Shown one piece after another: positions 39,101-54,592 of a stretch of DNA of 64,000 nt. A program made the translations under genes and the position numbers. The notes beneath the pieces were generated by a model. That model had not been told where the DNA came from and did no database searches. It was given only the letters and a program-made list of their open reading frames with translations. Position 1 is the first letter of the stretch; each line of letters opens with the position of its first letter. This DNA comes from Octopus bimaculoides (Eukaryota). The stretch is taken from positions 48,533,859 through 48,597,858 of the forward strand of contig NC_068989.1 in the NCBI RefSeq assembly GCF_001194135.2. The letters run 5' to 3'.

Positions 39101-40374
39101 GGCTAACTGGGAAGATAGTTTTTGTGTGTGGAAAATGCTCAGGAGCTATAAACACTGAAAATGTGCAGAGAACAGCTTCTGTCACATTCCAGGGGAAAAA
39201 AAAAACTACAAGTAGTTGATAGCTTCTGTTACCTAGGTAACCAAGTCAGTAGTGGGGTTGGATGCTCTGAAAGTGTAACTGCTAGAATAAGAATAACCCG
39301 GGCAAAGTTCAGAGAGTTCCTATCTCTGCTGGTGACAAAGGGCCTCTCGCTCAGAGTAAAAGGTAGACTGTATGATGCATATGTGCAAACAACCATGCTA
39401 CATGGCAGTGAAACATAGGCCGTGACTGCTGAGGACATGCGTAAGCTTGCAAGGAATGAAGTCAGTATGCTCCGCTGGATGTGTAATGTCAGTGTGCATA
39501 CACGATAAAGAGTGTAAGTGCCCTGAGAGAAAAGTTGGACTTAAGAAGCATCAGATGTGGTGTACAAGAGAGACGACTGTGCTGGTATGGTCACGTGTTA
39601 CGAATGGATGAGGATAGCTGTGTGAAAATGTGTCACACCCTAGCAGTTGAGGAAACCTGTGGAATAGGTAGATCCAGGAAGACCTGGGATGAGGTGGTGA
39701 AGCACAACCTTCCAGCATTGAGCCTCACCGAGGCAATGAAAAGTGACCGAGACCTTTGGAGATATGCTGTGCTTGAGAAGACCTGGCAAGCCAAGTGAGA
39801 CCATAACTGTGGCCTATGCCAGTGCTGTATAACCAGTTCATTTAAGAGCACCCTTCAATCATTGGACAATAAACTACGTTTGCGAAGACCTGTTGAGGCA
39901 AGTGAAATCGTTGTCATGGCTGATGACAGTACCACCTGATTGGCAGTGGAACGTTAAAAGCACCATTCGAGCGTGATCGTTGCCAGTGCTGCCAGACTAG
40001 CTCCTGTGCAGGTGGCACGTAAAAAGCACCATTTGAGTGTGTCTGATGCCAGTACTACCTGAATGGCTCTCATGCCGGTGGCACGTAAAAGCATCCACTA
40101 CACTGTCAGAGTGGTTGGCGTTAGGAAGGGTGTCCAGCTGTAGAAATTTTGCCAGATCAGATTGGGGTCTGGTGCAGCCTTCTGGCTTGCCAGCCCTCAG
40201 TCAAACCATCCAACCCATGCCAGCATGGAAAGCGGACATTAAACGACGACGATGATGATGATACACATTACAGTACCTTAAATTTGAAACTTCCTTCAAA
40301 TATACCTAAAGAGTGTGTTACAGCTGACATTTACAACCTTTACCTAATAGTTTTAAAAGCTTTAGAGTGTATAC

Positions 40375-40439
<65 letters not shown>

Positions 40440-41728
40440 CATGTATATATATATACATGTACACACACATACATATATATACCTTCACACAACACACACA
40501 CACATATATATATATGTATGTATATTACAACTGTTATAATAAGAGACATATAATAACTTAATAGCTTGTATGTATAGATACGTTCACTTCCACTGTTACA
40601 AGGTCACAAATGAACAGTAAAACCTGCAATTCAGCCTAAAGATATAACTGAATTTAAAGAACACAAATTAGACTTTAAGTAACTCTAAATGCTATACAAT
40701 TTAAATAGCTTACTGAAATATTCACAGCTTTATTTCCTGATTACAGAACTTATTTGCTGATTTTTAAAGACGTATACCATCTCATAAAAATTTTACTAAC
40801 TCCTTTAGAGATTTCATCTGAATACAAAAGTTTGACAGATGTGGTTGTGGAGTAAGAAGTTTGCTTCTCAGATACATGGATCTAGGTTCAGTCCTGCTGC
40901 ATGGCACCAAGAACAAGTGTCTTCTACTATACCCTCAAGCCAATCAAAGCCTTGTGAGTGGATGTGGTAGACAGAAACTGAAAGAAAACCATCATATATA
41001 TGTGTCTATGTGTGCGTGTGTCCCTCATCACCACTTCACAGCCAGTGTCGGTGTGTTTATGTCTCCCACTAAGTAGTTTGGCAAAGGAGACCAACAGAGT
41101 AAGTGCTAGGCTTAAAAAAAAGTACTGGAGATCAGTCATTGGACTAAAATTTCTTCAAGGTGGTGCCCCAGCATGATCACAGTCTAATAATTGAAACAAG
41201 TAAAAGATAAGTGGTAAAAGATAACAGCTTAATTTTAAATCAATGCTAATTAAAAGAAAAAAAAAAAAAAGCATTGATTTGGAATTGAAACCACACCATT
41301 TTCATATCAGAGAGGAAATGTTATACTCTATCCATCTACCTAGATATACATGCAAAATAGCTAATAAACAATGTGATGGCAAGCATTTGACTGTGTGTAC
41401 AGCTGTAACTGTCCATCCATCTAGATGTGCACACTGTAACTGCCTGCTGTGGATTGATTCTTTGCTGCTATTACTAACTTAGGACATAAAACTGTGAAAC
41501 TGTAAATCTTGATATGTGTCTGTGTGTGTGCATGTGCACCCACATATAAAGACACAGAACATATATAAAAAGTGAGATATATATAATCATAAAAGTAGCA
41601 TGAGGAAGGTGGGAAGAGAAAGTTGGAAGGAGAATTGGTCAAATAGAATTAAAACTTAAAAAAGAAGATAGAGGAAAATAAAGATGAAGCATCAAGGTTA
41701 GTTATGGAACATGAGAGAAATGAATAAA

Positions 41729-41759
<31 letters not shown>

Positions 41760-42094
41760 AGAACTAAAAATTCAGTGACAGCTTTTCTTAGATATGTCAA
41801 TGACAGCATCTCTTAGATGTATGAAAAGGAAAGATGCAAATAATCTCTCTGTAATGTTCATAATAAAATGTGATTGATAAAATAAGAATTGGTCAATAAG
41901 ATGATTGAGTTTATTCACCTGACTACCCCCCCCCGCCATCCCACTCTCCTTTACATAACAAGCCTTGTGAGTAGATGCATATATATAGTTGTGTGTGAAT
42001 AAGTATATATTTATAAATGGAAATATATACTGCTAGAAAGACATACATTATCAGGTACAAAGAAATATCCAGACTTGGGGTAATAATTGGGATA

Positions 42095-42145
<51 letters not shown>

Positions 42146-42859
42146 GCTGCTGCTCCCCCCCCCTGCTAATAACAACAAGAGCAATCCTTTCTACTATAGG
42201 CACAAGGCCCAAAATTTGAGGGGAGGGGACTAGTTGGTCACATTGGCCCCACTGCTCAACTGCTACTTATTTCATTGATTCCCAAGAGGATGAAAGGAAA
42301 GGTCAACCTCAGCGGAATTTGAACTCGGAACGTAAAGGCAGACGAAATGCCACTAAGCATTTTGCCCAGTATACTAATGGTTCTGCCAGCCTTGTTGTCT
42401 TAATAATAATAATAATCCTTTCTATTAAAGACACAAAACCTGAAATTTTGGGAGCAGGAACAAGTTGATTATATCAACCCCAGTGTTTCACCAGTACTTG
42501 ATTTATTGATCCCGAAAGAATGAAAGGCAAAGTCAACCTTGGTGGAGCTTGAACTCAAAATGTAAAGACTGTGGGCATGTTTTGAGGAATTTTAGTTAAA
42601 CTAATCAAACCTAGTAATTATTTTCTTTTAAAGCCTGGTACTTATTCTATCAGTCCCTTTTGCCAAACTGCTAAGTTATTGGGATGTAAACATTTCAATA
42701 CAGGTTGTCAAGTGGTGGTGGTGGGAAACACATGCACACACATATGATAAACTTCTTCCAGTTTCTGTCTACCTAATCCACTCATAAGGCTTTGGTCAAC
42801 CTGAGGTTATTGTAGAAGACACTTGCCCAAGGTGCCATGCAGTGGGAATGAACCCAGAA

Positions 42860-42900
<41 letters not shown>

Positions 42901-43289
42901 GGGATAAAATCCAAAATTACAGGTAAAAACTCAATTAAAATCAATTTATATGTGACAGTGGATTTTCATTGATGAGTTCATGAACCTTGGTTCTTTTCCC
43001 TAATATATATATATATANNNNNNNNNNNNNNNNNNNNNNNNNNNNNNNNNNNNNNNNNNNNNNNNNNNNNNNNNNNNNNNNNNNNNNNNNNNNNNNNNNN
43101 NNNNNNNNNNNNNNNNNNNNNNNNNNNNNNNNNNNNNNNNNNNNNNNNNNNNNNNNNNNNNNNNNNNNNNNNNNNNNNNNNNNNNNNNNNNNNNNNNNNN
43201 NNNNNNNNNNNNNNNNNNNNNNNNNNNNNNNNNNNNNNNNNNNNNNNNNNNNNNNNNNNNNNNNNNNNNNNNNNNNNNNNNNNNNNNNN

Positions 43290-43334
<45 letters not shown>

Positions 43335-46300
43335 TGTACATTCATTTCAAACTTAGAAGCAATTTTTTCCTTGCTTTCTTGTACTATTGCTCCCATATAT
43401 AAGATTGTTCATACAATTATATCCATTCTGCTTATGCACTCTTAAACATATGTAGGTGATGTTGATTGAAATTATCATTCTGTACAGTCTTGTATAATTT
43501 TATAAAGATTTCACAACTCTAATACACAAATGAGAGATAAAAGCTCAAACATACACAATAATTTTATACAACCATCATCCTATAGATAATTTATAGGCTT
43601 CTCTTTAGATTTCTTTAATTATTACTCTGTATATGCCCCTTCTTACATTTAATAATTTTATATAGCACCAAATTGAATTAATGCATACTTTAAAATACAA
43701 TCCAGTTTATATCTTTTAATTTATTTATTTAAATAGACATGAGTAATTTATAAATTTTGAGGTTTCCATAAGCATGTTTTTATGCCCATTTTATAAATAT
43801 TTCCCTTCAGTCTAATTTCCCATACATGTATGATTGCAGTTATATTACCTCCCCATCATTAGCTTTTAGCTTTGTTCATTTAATCTAATTATTGTAAAGT
43901 AAGTTTATTTATTTTTCATTAAAATTCACATTACTTATTTATACCTGAGGCTTCTAACAGCTTTCAGTAATTTAATAGTTCTTATTAGCTAATAGAATAT
44001 TAAAAGACTTGAAGTTTTCATTTACAAAACATTTATTTCAACTTGTAATTCTAATCTACCACTAACCACAAATGAATTTCTTAAGGAGACTTTAAAAATA
44101 TAAACTTATAATAGGTATGTACTTCTATCAATATATCTCAGCTTTAAAGTGGCAAGGTAGCAGAATTGTCAGCACGCTGGGCAGAATGCTTAGTGGCATT
44201 TCGTCCATCTTACATTCTAAGTTCAAATTCCACTGAGGTTGACTTTGCTTTTATCCTTTCGAGTACTGGGGTTGATGTAAAAGACTTGCTGGCCATGTGC
44301 CAAAATTTGAAACTAATATGTTATGTTTTTGGGGGTTTGAATATCTCGTTGCCAATAATATTATGACAATGTTGGGATGTGCACAAGGGTGTAGAATAGT
44401 ATTACCCAAATGAATATTTGGATATGGTTATTTAGAATAACCTTTTGCAGAATTAATATATTTGCTCAGAATGTACTCTGTGCTATGCCAAACATAGTTA
44501 TGATATTAAACTAACAGGGCAATCCAATATGATTAATCAACACTGTCAACTGCTCACTGTCATCAACTGTTGACTGTCATCTCTGACATTGAAATGTATC
44601 AGTCCACTTTTAGTTAGGTGGGGATGGTCAGGATCCTTTCACAATATAATATATATGTTAGCTTAGATTGTTTGACCATGCTGCTCGATTTTCTGAATTG
44701 GATCCTGTGTATTGTGTTTTCTTCTCTGAGGATCTGGCAGTGGTGACAACTCATGTTGATTGGCCACAACTGATGAGTAAGAATCTTGCAGAGAAAGGGA
44801 CTGACTGGGACAGTGCACAGAGAGTTACTCTGAATGAACTGACCAGATACTGACCAATAGTGGATACAGCAATGCACTGCAATGGCACATGCCCCTATAC
44901 CTGATCTGATCTAATAACAATGCAAACATTTAAATCATGATAGTTACCATGAGAGAAACTCTCATATTGGCTTCTGGGGTGTATAAAAACACCATTATTT
45001 ACATAGCTAGTGGGAGATAAACCACCTGCAATCCCCATTGCTACCACCAAGACTACCAGATTAAAGTACTTATATGAACCGGAAGGTAATATGAGAGATT
45101 CTCTCCTAGCAATTATCATAGTATTTTATGTTCTAACACAACACCCACACTTAAGTGGGGACAAATATTACCTGTTGGCATTAATACTGCTTCTGTCACT
45201 AATAAATATTTAAAAAAAAATAAAATCATTGTTAAAGTCAGTCCATTTACAAGCTACCCAGAATTATACTAAGTTACTGTTTTTATCTAACCTTAGAACG
45301 ATCATTCCCCAATAAACATTCTCATCACTTTTTTTCTTTATATCACTCTCTCTCTCTAAACCTTCCCTTCCACCTGCCCATCTTCTGACCTACATGTTTA
45401 ACTTTGTAGCTTTTAAACTGGTCATATCTGGCTCAAATATTTTACTGCTCTTATGTTCAAACCATCTAGATCTAGTTTCTCACATCTACCCTGCAATGGC
45501 ATTCTCAAAAAAAATAATTACATCATCAAAATCTCAAAGTTATAAGAAAGAATATGATAAATTAAGAACAATGTGAATAAATAAGCATTACATTTGATAG
45601 AATAATCTGAATGTCAAAGGGTTAATTTGTTTCTTGCTCTTTAGACATTTATTTAGTTTACTATCTCAAATAAAATATAAATTCCTTTCATTGAGAGTTT
45701 TCAACAAATTGTAATAAGTGTAGGCATGGCTGTATTGTTAAGATGTTAACTTTCAAACACATGGATTCAAGTTCAGTTTTATTGCTTGGCACTTTGGGCA
45801 AGTGCCTTCAACTATATCCCTTGGCTGAACAAAGTCTTGTGAGTGGATTTGGCAGACAGAAAACTGAAAGAAGCTTGTCGTATATATTTGTGTGTATGTT
45901 TGTGCCTGTGTTTGACAACTGGTGCTGTTTGCATTGCTGTAACAGTGGTTTAGCAAAAGAAAGTGATACAAGAAGGGCCAGACTAAAAGAAATATGTAAT
46001 GGAGGTTTGATCCATTTGACTAAAACCCATCAAGGCAGTGCCCCAGCATGGCTGCAGTCCACTAACAGAAACAAGTAAAAGATATAGATGTTTTCGATCT
46101 AGTTTGGATTCTTTGCTATCAAATTTGAATTCTTTGCAATCAAATTTGATGGCAAAGAATCCAAACTAGATTGAAAACATCTATAAAAGATATAGGGTGT
46201 GTGTGCATGCATGTTTGTGCCTCCTTGTCTTGACATCACATGATAGTTGTAAATGAGTATCACTGCCATATAAGCAGCATCAATCATTTCCAATATTCTG

Positions 46301-47973
46301 CAAAAGTACATCTAGCTATGGAGAAATATTACCTTGCTTAGAAACAGGTGATGGTTGGTGACATGAAGAGCATCCAGCCAAAGAAAATCTGCCTCAATAC
46401 ACTCCATCAGACCCATGCATGTATGGAAAGGAGGACGTTAAAATGATGACCATGATGTAAAACCCATCATACACACCTGATTTTTATGATAAGGATTTCC
46501 TCCTTATTCATAAAAACAAGCTGGCAAAGGTTTTATCACTGACTGAACAAGCCGATATATGAAACTTGAAGTTTTGGCCAACTTAAATTTTCATGATAAA
46601 TATGACTTGACTCTACTCTTAGTTTACAGTCACACCATCAGCAAATGTTCCCTTTTTATTCTTAAATGGGTTTTAAAATAATAATCTCACTCTAACACTT
46701 ACAAGTTACAAGTAATTATATACAGTTCTGTTGTTAGTTGGCTTTGAAAAGGCACTGAAATTTTCTGGCTTCTTTAAACTGAGAGCAGAACAGATAAAAC
46801 AGAGCATAGGATAAATCAATATCAAACTAGAAAACAATTGATGACCTGTTAGGCTTCACACACAAATGATTTAGAGTTTTCATAAAAGAACAAATGTTTA
46901 ACACAATAACATCAAATTGTATATAAACAAATCAGGCACAGGCATGACTGTCTCATTATGAAATTTGCTTTCCAATTACATGGTTTCAAGTTCAGTTCCA
47001 TTGTATGACACTTTGGGCATATGTTTTCTACTATAGCTCAGGGCCAACCAAAGCCTTGTGAATGGATCTGGTACCTGGAAACTGAAAGAAGCTCATTGTA
47101 TTTGTATGTATATGCATGTGTGCATATGTGTGTTTGTGTTACTTTGTCGTGACATCACATGATAGAAGTAAAGGAGTATCATTGTCATACAAATGGTGTT
47201 TCTGTGAAAAGTAAAGGGTTGGTGACAAGAAGGGTATCTAGTCATAGAAAACCTGCCTCAATGAATTCCATCTGAGGCAAGGAAGTATGGAAAAGTGGAA
47301 GATGATGATGTATATAATCAAATAAGACTAAATCAGAAAGAACAAAAATATCATAAAACTATTGACTTTCTTGCACTTTATCATACTTTATACTTAAAAA
47401 CTTGAAAGAAAGGTAGACTGGCAAATATATCACATGCATGATATGTGTAAAATGTAATCCAGAGTCTGATAGAATTGTGAATTATCTGTTTATTAGAAAG
47501 ACTAACTCTAAAAGTTCTTGTATGAAAATAGAGAATTTAAAAGAATTTTGTCGCTCAACATAAAAGCATTCCTCAAAGTCCTTCTGTTGTTTAAGTACCA
47601 TTAATATTCTTCCAAATCAGATTAACAGGGTTTTATAGTCAACTTTAATTTATTTTGAAATTTGCCTTAGGAAATTACTCATTTCCTTTCCCTGAGATCT
47701 ACCTGTGTGACCATTCAACCTTGTTTATCAGTACAGATTTATTTATAGGTTGGGAAAAAGAAAAGGTCAAAATATTCCATTCCTACTTGATATCCAATGA
47801 AGATAAAAGGAACAGAATTCTTCAAGCATTGGATCATGTATCACTGATATTTCAAAGACCTATTTCGGTGTTTACCACTTTTTCTCTCTCTCTCACATTC
47901 ATTCATACACATCCTTATATGCACCTATTTATACATTCACACACATATATGTCCATATGTACATATGTATCAT

Positions 47974-48015
<42 letters not shown>

Positions 48016-51000
48016 GATTTATGTTCACAGACACACATATGTATATATCATCATCATAATTATTTAGCATCTATTTTCCTTGATGGCATGGGTTAGATGG
48101 TTTGATTGGTACTCGTAACATTAGGGTCCATTCTGTTTTGGCTTGGTTTCTATGACTGGATGCCCTTCCTAACACCAACTGGGTGTCTTTTACATATATG
48201 TATGTAGTTATTTAATTTTATTTCAAGATTTCTTAACAATGATGCAGGAGTGGCTGTGTGGTAAGTAGCTTGCTTACCAACCACATGGGCAAGTGTCTTC
48301 TACTATAACCTCGGGCCGACCAAAGCCTTGTGAGTGGATTTGGTAGATGGAAACTGAAAGAAGCCCGTTGTATACATATATATATATGTGTGTGTGTGTG
48401 TATGTTAGTGTCTGTGTTTGTCCCCCCACCATCGCTTGACAACTGATGCTGCTATGTATAAGTTCCTGTAACTTAGCAGTTCAGCAAAAGAAACTGATAG
48501 AATAAGTACTAGGCTTACAAAGAATAAGTCATGGGGTCGATTTGTTTGACTAAAGGCACTGCTCCAGCATGGCCACAGTCAAATGACTGAAACAAATAAA
48601 AGAGTAATGGAGAAAGAGCTGGTTTCTAACCTAGATCCAAAATTCCTTCATTGAAATTTCAACATCAACAGCATAGTTGTACATTTATGCATGTATATAT
48701 ACAAATATTTAGAGTCAGTTCATGTGCAGATCTGGATGCTTTGTTTTGTAAGTGTATACTCATTCAGACAGTCACATGATAAACTTGTAAAAAGTTTTAC
48801 ATATTTTGACAGTTCCACTGATTGCTTGTATGTGTAGTTTTCTAATTCCTCCCTAGTTTTGAGAACTCTAAGCTTGTCAGGATTGGTGGTGAGTCAGTTT
48901 CTTACATATCCTAAAGCCTCAATACTTACTGGTATAAATCTGAACTTGTAATCCAGGTAAAGTAGCCCTATATTTCTCAATAGTTCAGCGTAGGTGTTTT
49001 TGTTTTACTGATCTTTAGCTTTATGTTGACGTCTGCTGGGTAGCTGATTTTCACTACTGTACATAGTTTCTCTTCCCCTCCCCCAAATCACCATGTCTAG
49101 TCTACTATGTTTGCATTTTATTGAGGTTTACAGAGGGACATTCTACTAGTAATCTTTCATGTTATGAATGGTTATGGTCTCTACTATACTTTATTTCGTA
49201 TATCTTTGGGTTGAGAGTTATCCTTCTGAGGGATCTCATAGTACAGTGTCTTGACACAACATCATGTCCCATTGGTAGTTAATAATGCAAAGCTTCTTTC
49301 AGTTTCTGTCTACCAAATCCACTCACGAGGCTTTGGACAAGCTGGGGCAATAAAAGAAGACACTTGCCCAAGGTACCATGCAGTGGGGCTGAACTCAAGA
49401 TCACATAGTTGGGAAGCATACTTCTTAACCACATAGCCATGCCATGCGGAGTTCAGAGGTGAGAGAATAAACTAGACTCTATATGTTTTATATAATTTTC
49501 TAAGCTTTGTTTTTCAGAACCTCTGTATTCTTACAACACATAACTAAACTTTTGTACTCTAAGGATATGTATTACTTTGTATAGACATTGCAAAACTCAT
49601 CTATGTTTAACCCTCTACCTGATGGGTTGCAGTCAGCAGTAGTTTTCTTGGTGAACATTTGAAGTTTTCCCTATATAAATACAGTTTCTTTTAGCTTTAA
49701 AGTGTAGGAGAGAAAAAAGACAACTAATATAGTCATTTAATATGAAGGTTTTTTTAAAAATCAATCTATTACAGTCCAAATGACATTTATGGTCTTGATT
49801 TGAGGGAACATTGAAAGTATCTCCAATTTTATCTTTTCTCAAATCAGCTTCATCTTTGTTTTTGCTTTAGCACACAAGATAAATATCTTAATCTTTTAAT
49901 ATCCATTACTTAGAATTGAATTTCATATCAGTGTTTTTCTTGGCCTTGCTTTGGGTAAAACTTCTAATTGAAAAGCAAAACAAAACAAGTTTACTAATTA
50001 ATTGGATTTAAGGAGCCTTAATCTAAAAGATAATTTCATATCGTGTAAAATAAATTAAGAAAATCATAAGTGACTTAGTCTCAGTTGGCATAATTTCAGC
50101 CTGAATTTTGTGGTTAATGGTTCTATATTATCACTAGTTCTTCCCTTCCCCCACCCCAACTACATGACTCCTTTGTGGAAGTGTAGGGTAGTCAGCCACA
50201 ATCTTCAATGATTATAGATGCTTGAAACTTTCCAACAACAGTCAGCAGACTTTTCATGGTGTAAGTAGGGATATCACACATTTGTGGAAATGAAATACAG
50301 CCACTTCCAGAGCTTCAGGCACAGAAGAGGTGTAATAATAGGTGGGAGCAGTGTGATTCTCTGGTTCCTTGTAGAGATGCATCCTCTGTTGAGGTGCTGC
50401 ATGGTCAAAGACATTGTCTTCTTTGATCATCAATGGACAAACATGATAACATGAGGCACCTTCTGTTTCCTTCTTCATTTCATTTTCTCTTTGTTTTATT
50501 TTTTTATTTACTGTTTAGCAGTAGCTAGGTCATCACTGAGACAACCTCAGTTGTCTTGATACAAAACATTGTTTATTAATTTTCTAGTTTTATTCACCCA
50601 ATCATGTGACATTTTCCAAATCCCACATTGTTTATCTTTTAGCTTATTTAAACTATTCATCCAATCATGTGTGACACTTTATTGACTCTATCAGGTGACA
50701 TTTTTTATGGAGTTATTATTTTCCACCAATCAAGACTTATTTTTATTACAGTCTAATTCATTTACATTGTGGACAATTGGAATTACAGTTTACTATTTTA
50801 CATCTAATTTTAGAATTATTACAATACATCTTTGTTCATTAATAAGTCTTTATCTGAGTACAATATCATTATTCATTCCTACATGATAACAATCATCAAA
50901 TATGACAGATAGAGTATCATTATCATCAACACTGTGCTATATTTTTGCAAAAGATGATCAACTCATCTTGAATTATATTAATGAACATGCACTGGTCAAT

Positions 51001-52326
51001 AGTATTTCATAGACAGAGGCTCTGTTCTGGCAGTTGGGTAGTCCCAGTGTTACTTAGATAAACATATCACATGGAGATATTCTCACTAGGAAAGCATTGA
51101 TTTGAGCATGAAGTCACTACACCCTCTGGTCCATAGATGGGCAGTCTCCTCTCTTTGCCATTTCAACAGTCTGCACCTCAGAACTAGCAAGTTCCATACT
51201 CAGCTACTCCCAATTTAATCATCTCTCCTTCTCTTGCCAACCCACATTATGTATACACTCCAGACCCATACTGAGGATGACCATGACATAATTGAACAAC
51301 CAAGCAGGATTCACAGTATGGGTTGTACTATTCATCCATTCAATTGCTGAATACAAAACATGGCTCATGAAACCTCCATTTGGGTGATTTTCTTGAGTCA
51401 TCATTTCACCATTGTATGCCAATCCATCACAAGATCACCCATTTACAGCTAAGTGGACTGCAGCAATGTGAAATGAAGTGTTTTGCTCAAGAACACAGTG
51501 CACAGCTGGTCTTGGAATTGAAACTATGACCTTGCAATAGCGAGTGCAACATCCTAACTACTAAGCCATGTGCCTTCACTTATGCCTCATACAAATCTTT
51601 CTGCCCAGTCTTTCCTCACTAGAATGTTATCCCCTTGGAATTCCTTTTCAGCATATATTTTTCCTGCAGCTGCCATTAGCTTGCAAGAGGAATGTTAACT
51701 GTACTGGTTTCACCAGTCTGTCTCAGAAGGCTTGGATGCAGCCTCTTCCTCTAGATTCTCTAAAACAAACAAACAGAAAAAAAAAAACGCATTGTCATCC
51801 CCATTTTTATTGAATGGCATATTGTCCAAAAACCTCAGTCTCAAAACCTGTGGTCTTCAAGGCATCATTTCTAAAACAGTAGGAGAGATTGCTGACAAAT
51901 ATTTCATTCTAGCATAGAGCAGATTGTGTCTTAGTAGAAGTTCATTTGCTGGGTTGTAAGTATTGAATAATTTAAAAGTGTGAGTCATAAACCCCTTTTA
52001 TAAATCACCAGAGAAGAGATGGAGCAAGAATTAGAATTGTACATGGGTAGAGTTAAGTACAGAAAGGCACTCAGTAAGTTAAGTCAGAGATATAGATTTT
52101 GATTCTTAGTTGTAATTATTTCCTTGTTAAAGGTATTGTGGCTCCTATTTCTTATATTCAAGCTTTAAATAATCCTACCAGGATTAAGTTCTATTAAAAT
52201 ATTAGAAGGCAACTAGAAACCACTTCTGTGTCTTATCCCAAAAGACATTAAAACAACATAGTCGTAATGTTGAGGAATGGAGAAAGAGAGAAAGGAAGAG
52301 GAGGAGGAGGAGATAGATAGATAGAT

Positions 52327-52360
<34 letters not shown>

Positions 52361-54081
52361 AGAGGGAGAGAGAGAAATGGTTGAAATTGGTATGAGCATA
52401 AATAATATATTTCTTGAAGAAATAAATATCTTTCAGTTTGTTTATCTACCATGAGCAAATGAAGTATCACTTCAAATTAACTAGAAGCTGTTTAACAATT
52501 GCTTGCTTTTTAGTTTTTTTTGGTTGGGGGGGGGGGGTGCATAGTATAAATACTATATAGAGCATGTGAGATATTAAAAGAGGAAAAAAGGGCCTGCTTT
52601 ATGACAGTTAGTTTGTTGCTTCAATTTTCTGTTTACATTTTTGCCTGAGAGTCATATGTGCTTTCCAGCACCTATGGGCTAAATAAAACAAGTGCCAGTT
52701 AAATACTGGGCTTCACTGCCTTGATAAGAAACCATTTCTGTGAGTAACAGAGATCTCTGTTTACAAAACCAAATCAGCCTCATCTTATATAAGCCATGAC
52801 ATATGTAAAACAACTACAATGACAGTAGCAATTAAAACATGTTTGTACCTCATAAGTTCTTCAGCATCAGAGTAACTGACAGAATGTACAGGAATCTTCG
52901 GGTAACTCTTGCTAAAATCTGGTATTTCATGGATATGATCTGAAAACAGAGGAAAGTTAGTGAAAATAATGGAATAAGTAAATTTCTTAAAGACTGACAA
53001 AATATTAGAGTAAAGAATATGTGTTGTGCATTTCTTTGTTAGAAGAAGAAAAAAAATATTATCAATGCGAGTGAAGCAATACAAATTTCAAAATGAGAGC
53101 AGATTAGGGAAATCACTATAGCGGGACTTGAGATATGTCAAACATTCACAATAAGGATGAAATTTAAATGAGATGTCTGTAATAACAACAAAAGCAATAA
53201 TGATGATGGAAATTTTTAAAGTGCTTTACTGTACTTTTACAGTTTACATGGAAGATCAGCTTTTATGTAAAAATATACAGTATAAATGTGTGTGTGGGTG
53301 GGCTTGTTGCCCCCATGATTGTGCTGAAGACTATTATATAACAGATATTATAGCTATTGTTAATAAAACATATGTAAGATTGTAATGTGTTGAATAAATG
53401 TAAAAAAATTATATCCAGGCTTTATATANNNNNNNNNNNNNNNNNNNNNNNNNNNNNNNATATATATATATATATATATATACATATGTATATGTGTGTT
53501 AAGTAATTTTCTTGTTGATGGATACTGCAGTCTCTTGCAGTGCAGTTTCACATGGAGGCAGAGTTAGCAATTACAAGCGGACACAACAAAGAGTAAAGTG
53601 GAAGCTGGTACAAGAGAACCTCATCTTTTCTAGTGTTATGATAAAGTATGTCCTTTAAACTTGTGAAGGGATGGATGATTGAGTGGGGGACATTTTAGGG
53701 TCAGAAGAACCTTTAGTCTTGTCAAGAATTTAAGATGACAACCTCTTTAATATGCATCTAGTACATTCTGTGAAGTGGTTGATAGTGTGAAGTATGAAGG
53801 GCAACCAGTCACAGAAACCATTCTAAAGTGAAAATGGAGAATGAGTGAGATATGTCACCTGGCCATGTCTAGGAAAGTAGTAACCCCCGCACAAGAACTG
53901 ACTCAAACCATGTCCTATTCAACTCATGCCACCAGAATGAAAAGCAGATGTAATATGATGATAACAGCAAAAGTATTGTACATGCTGTCAAGTCATACTT
54001 GCTTGTGAATGACAAGTGTGGTGTGTGTGTGTGTGTATACATATATACATGCATACATACATACACACCAACTTTACTTTG

Positions 54082-54126
<45 letters not shown>

Positions 54127-54533
54127 TATACATGCACACATGGGGAGATAGAGAAAAATAGGACTAACACATATGTATTATGTTCTAAAGCTTACTTATT
54201 TAATGGAATTCAATTTAATGGAAATCCCAAACCAACCTTCCCAAAGTGTCTTTTATCTGAAGGAAGATGAAATGTGACACTAAATGACAGAGAAAACAGT
54301 TAATGTCAACAGAAAGAAGGACAAAACAACAAAAATAGAAGCTTTCAATCAACGACATGTAGATACTATAGTGAGTGTAATTGAAAACACACATTCCATT
54401 AAACACATACCTGTACTATCAGATCAATACATACCTATACTATCATACATATCTACTCTGAGACATGCATATGCAGATGCATTTGGTATAAGACATATAC
54501 TTTCACATATTAGTGAATATACATACGAGCACG

Positions 54534-54592
<59 letters not shown>

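Noticed and set aside
50254-50478. Moderately complex minus-strand ORF
   Set aside because: No acceptor tract and no recognisable family; it may be a transposon relic.
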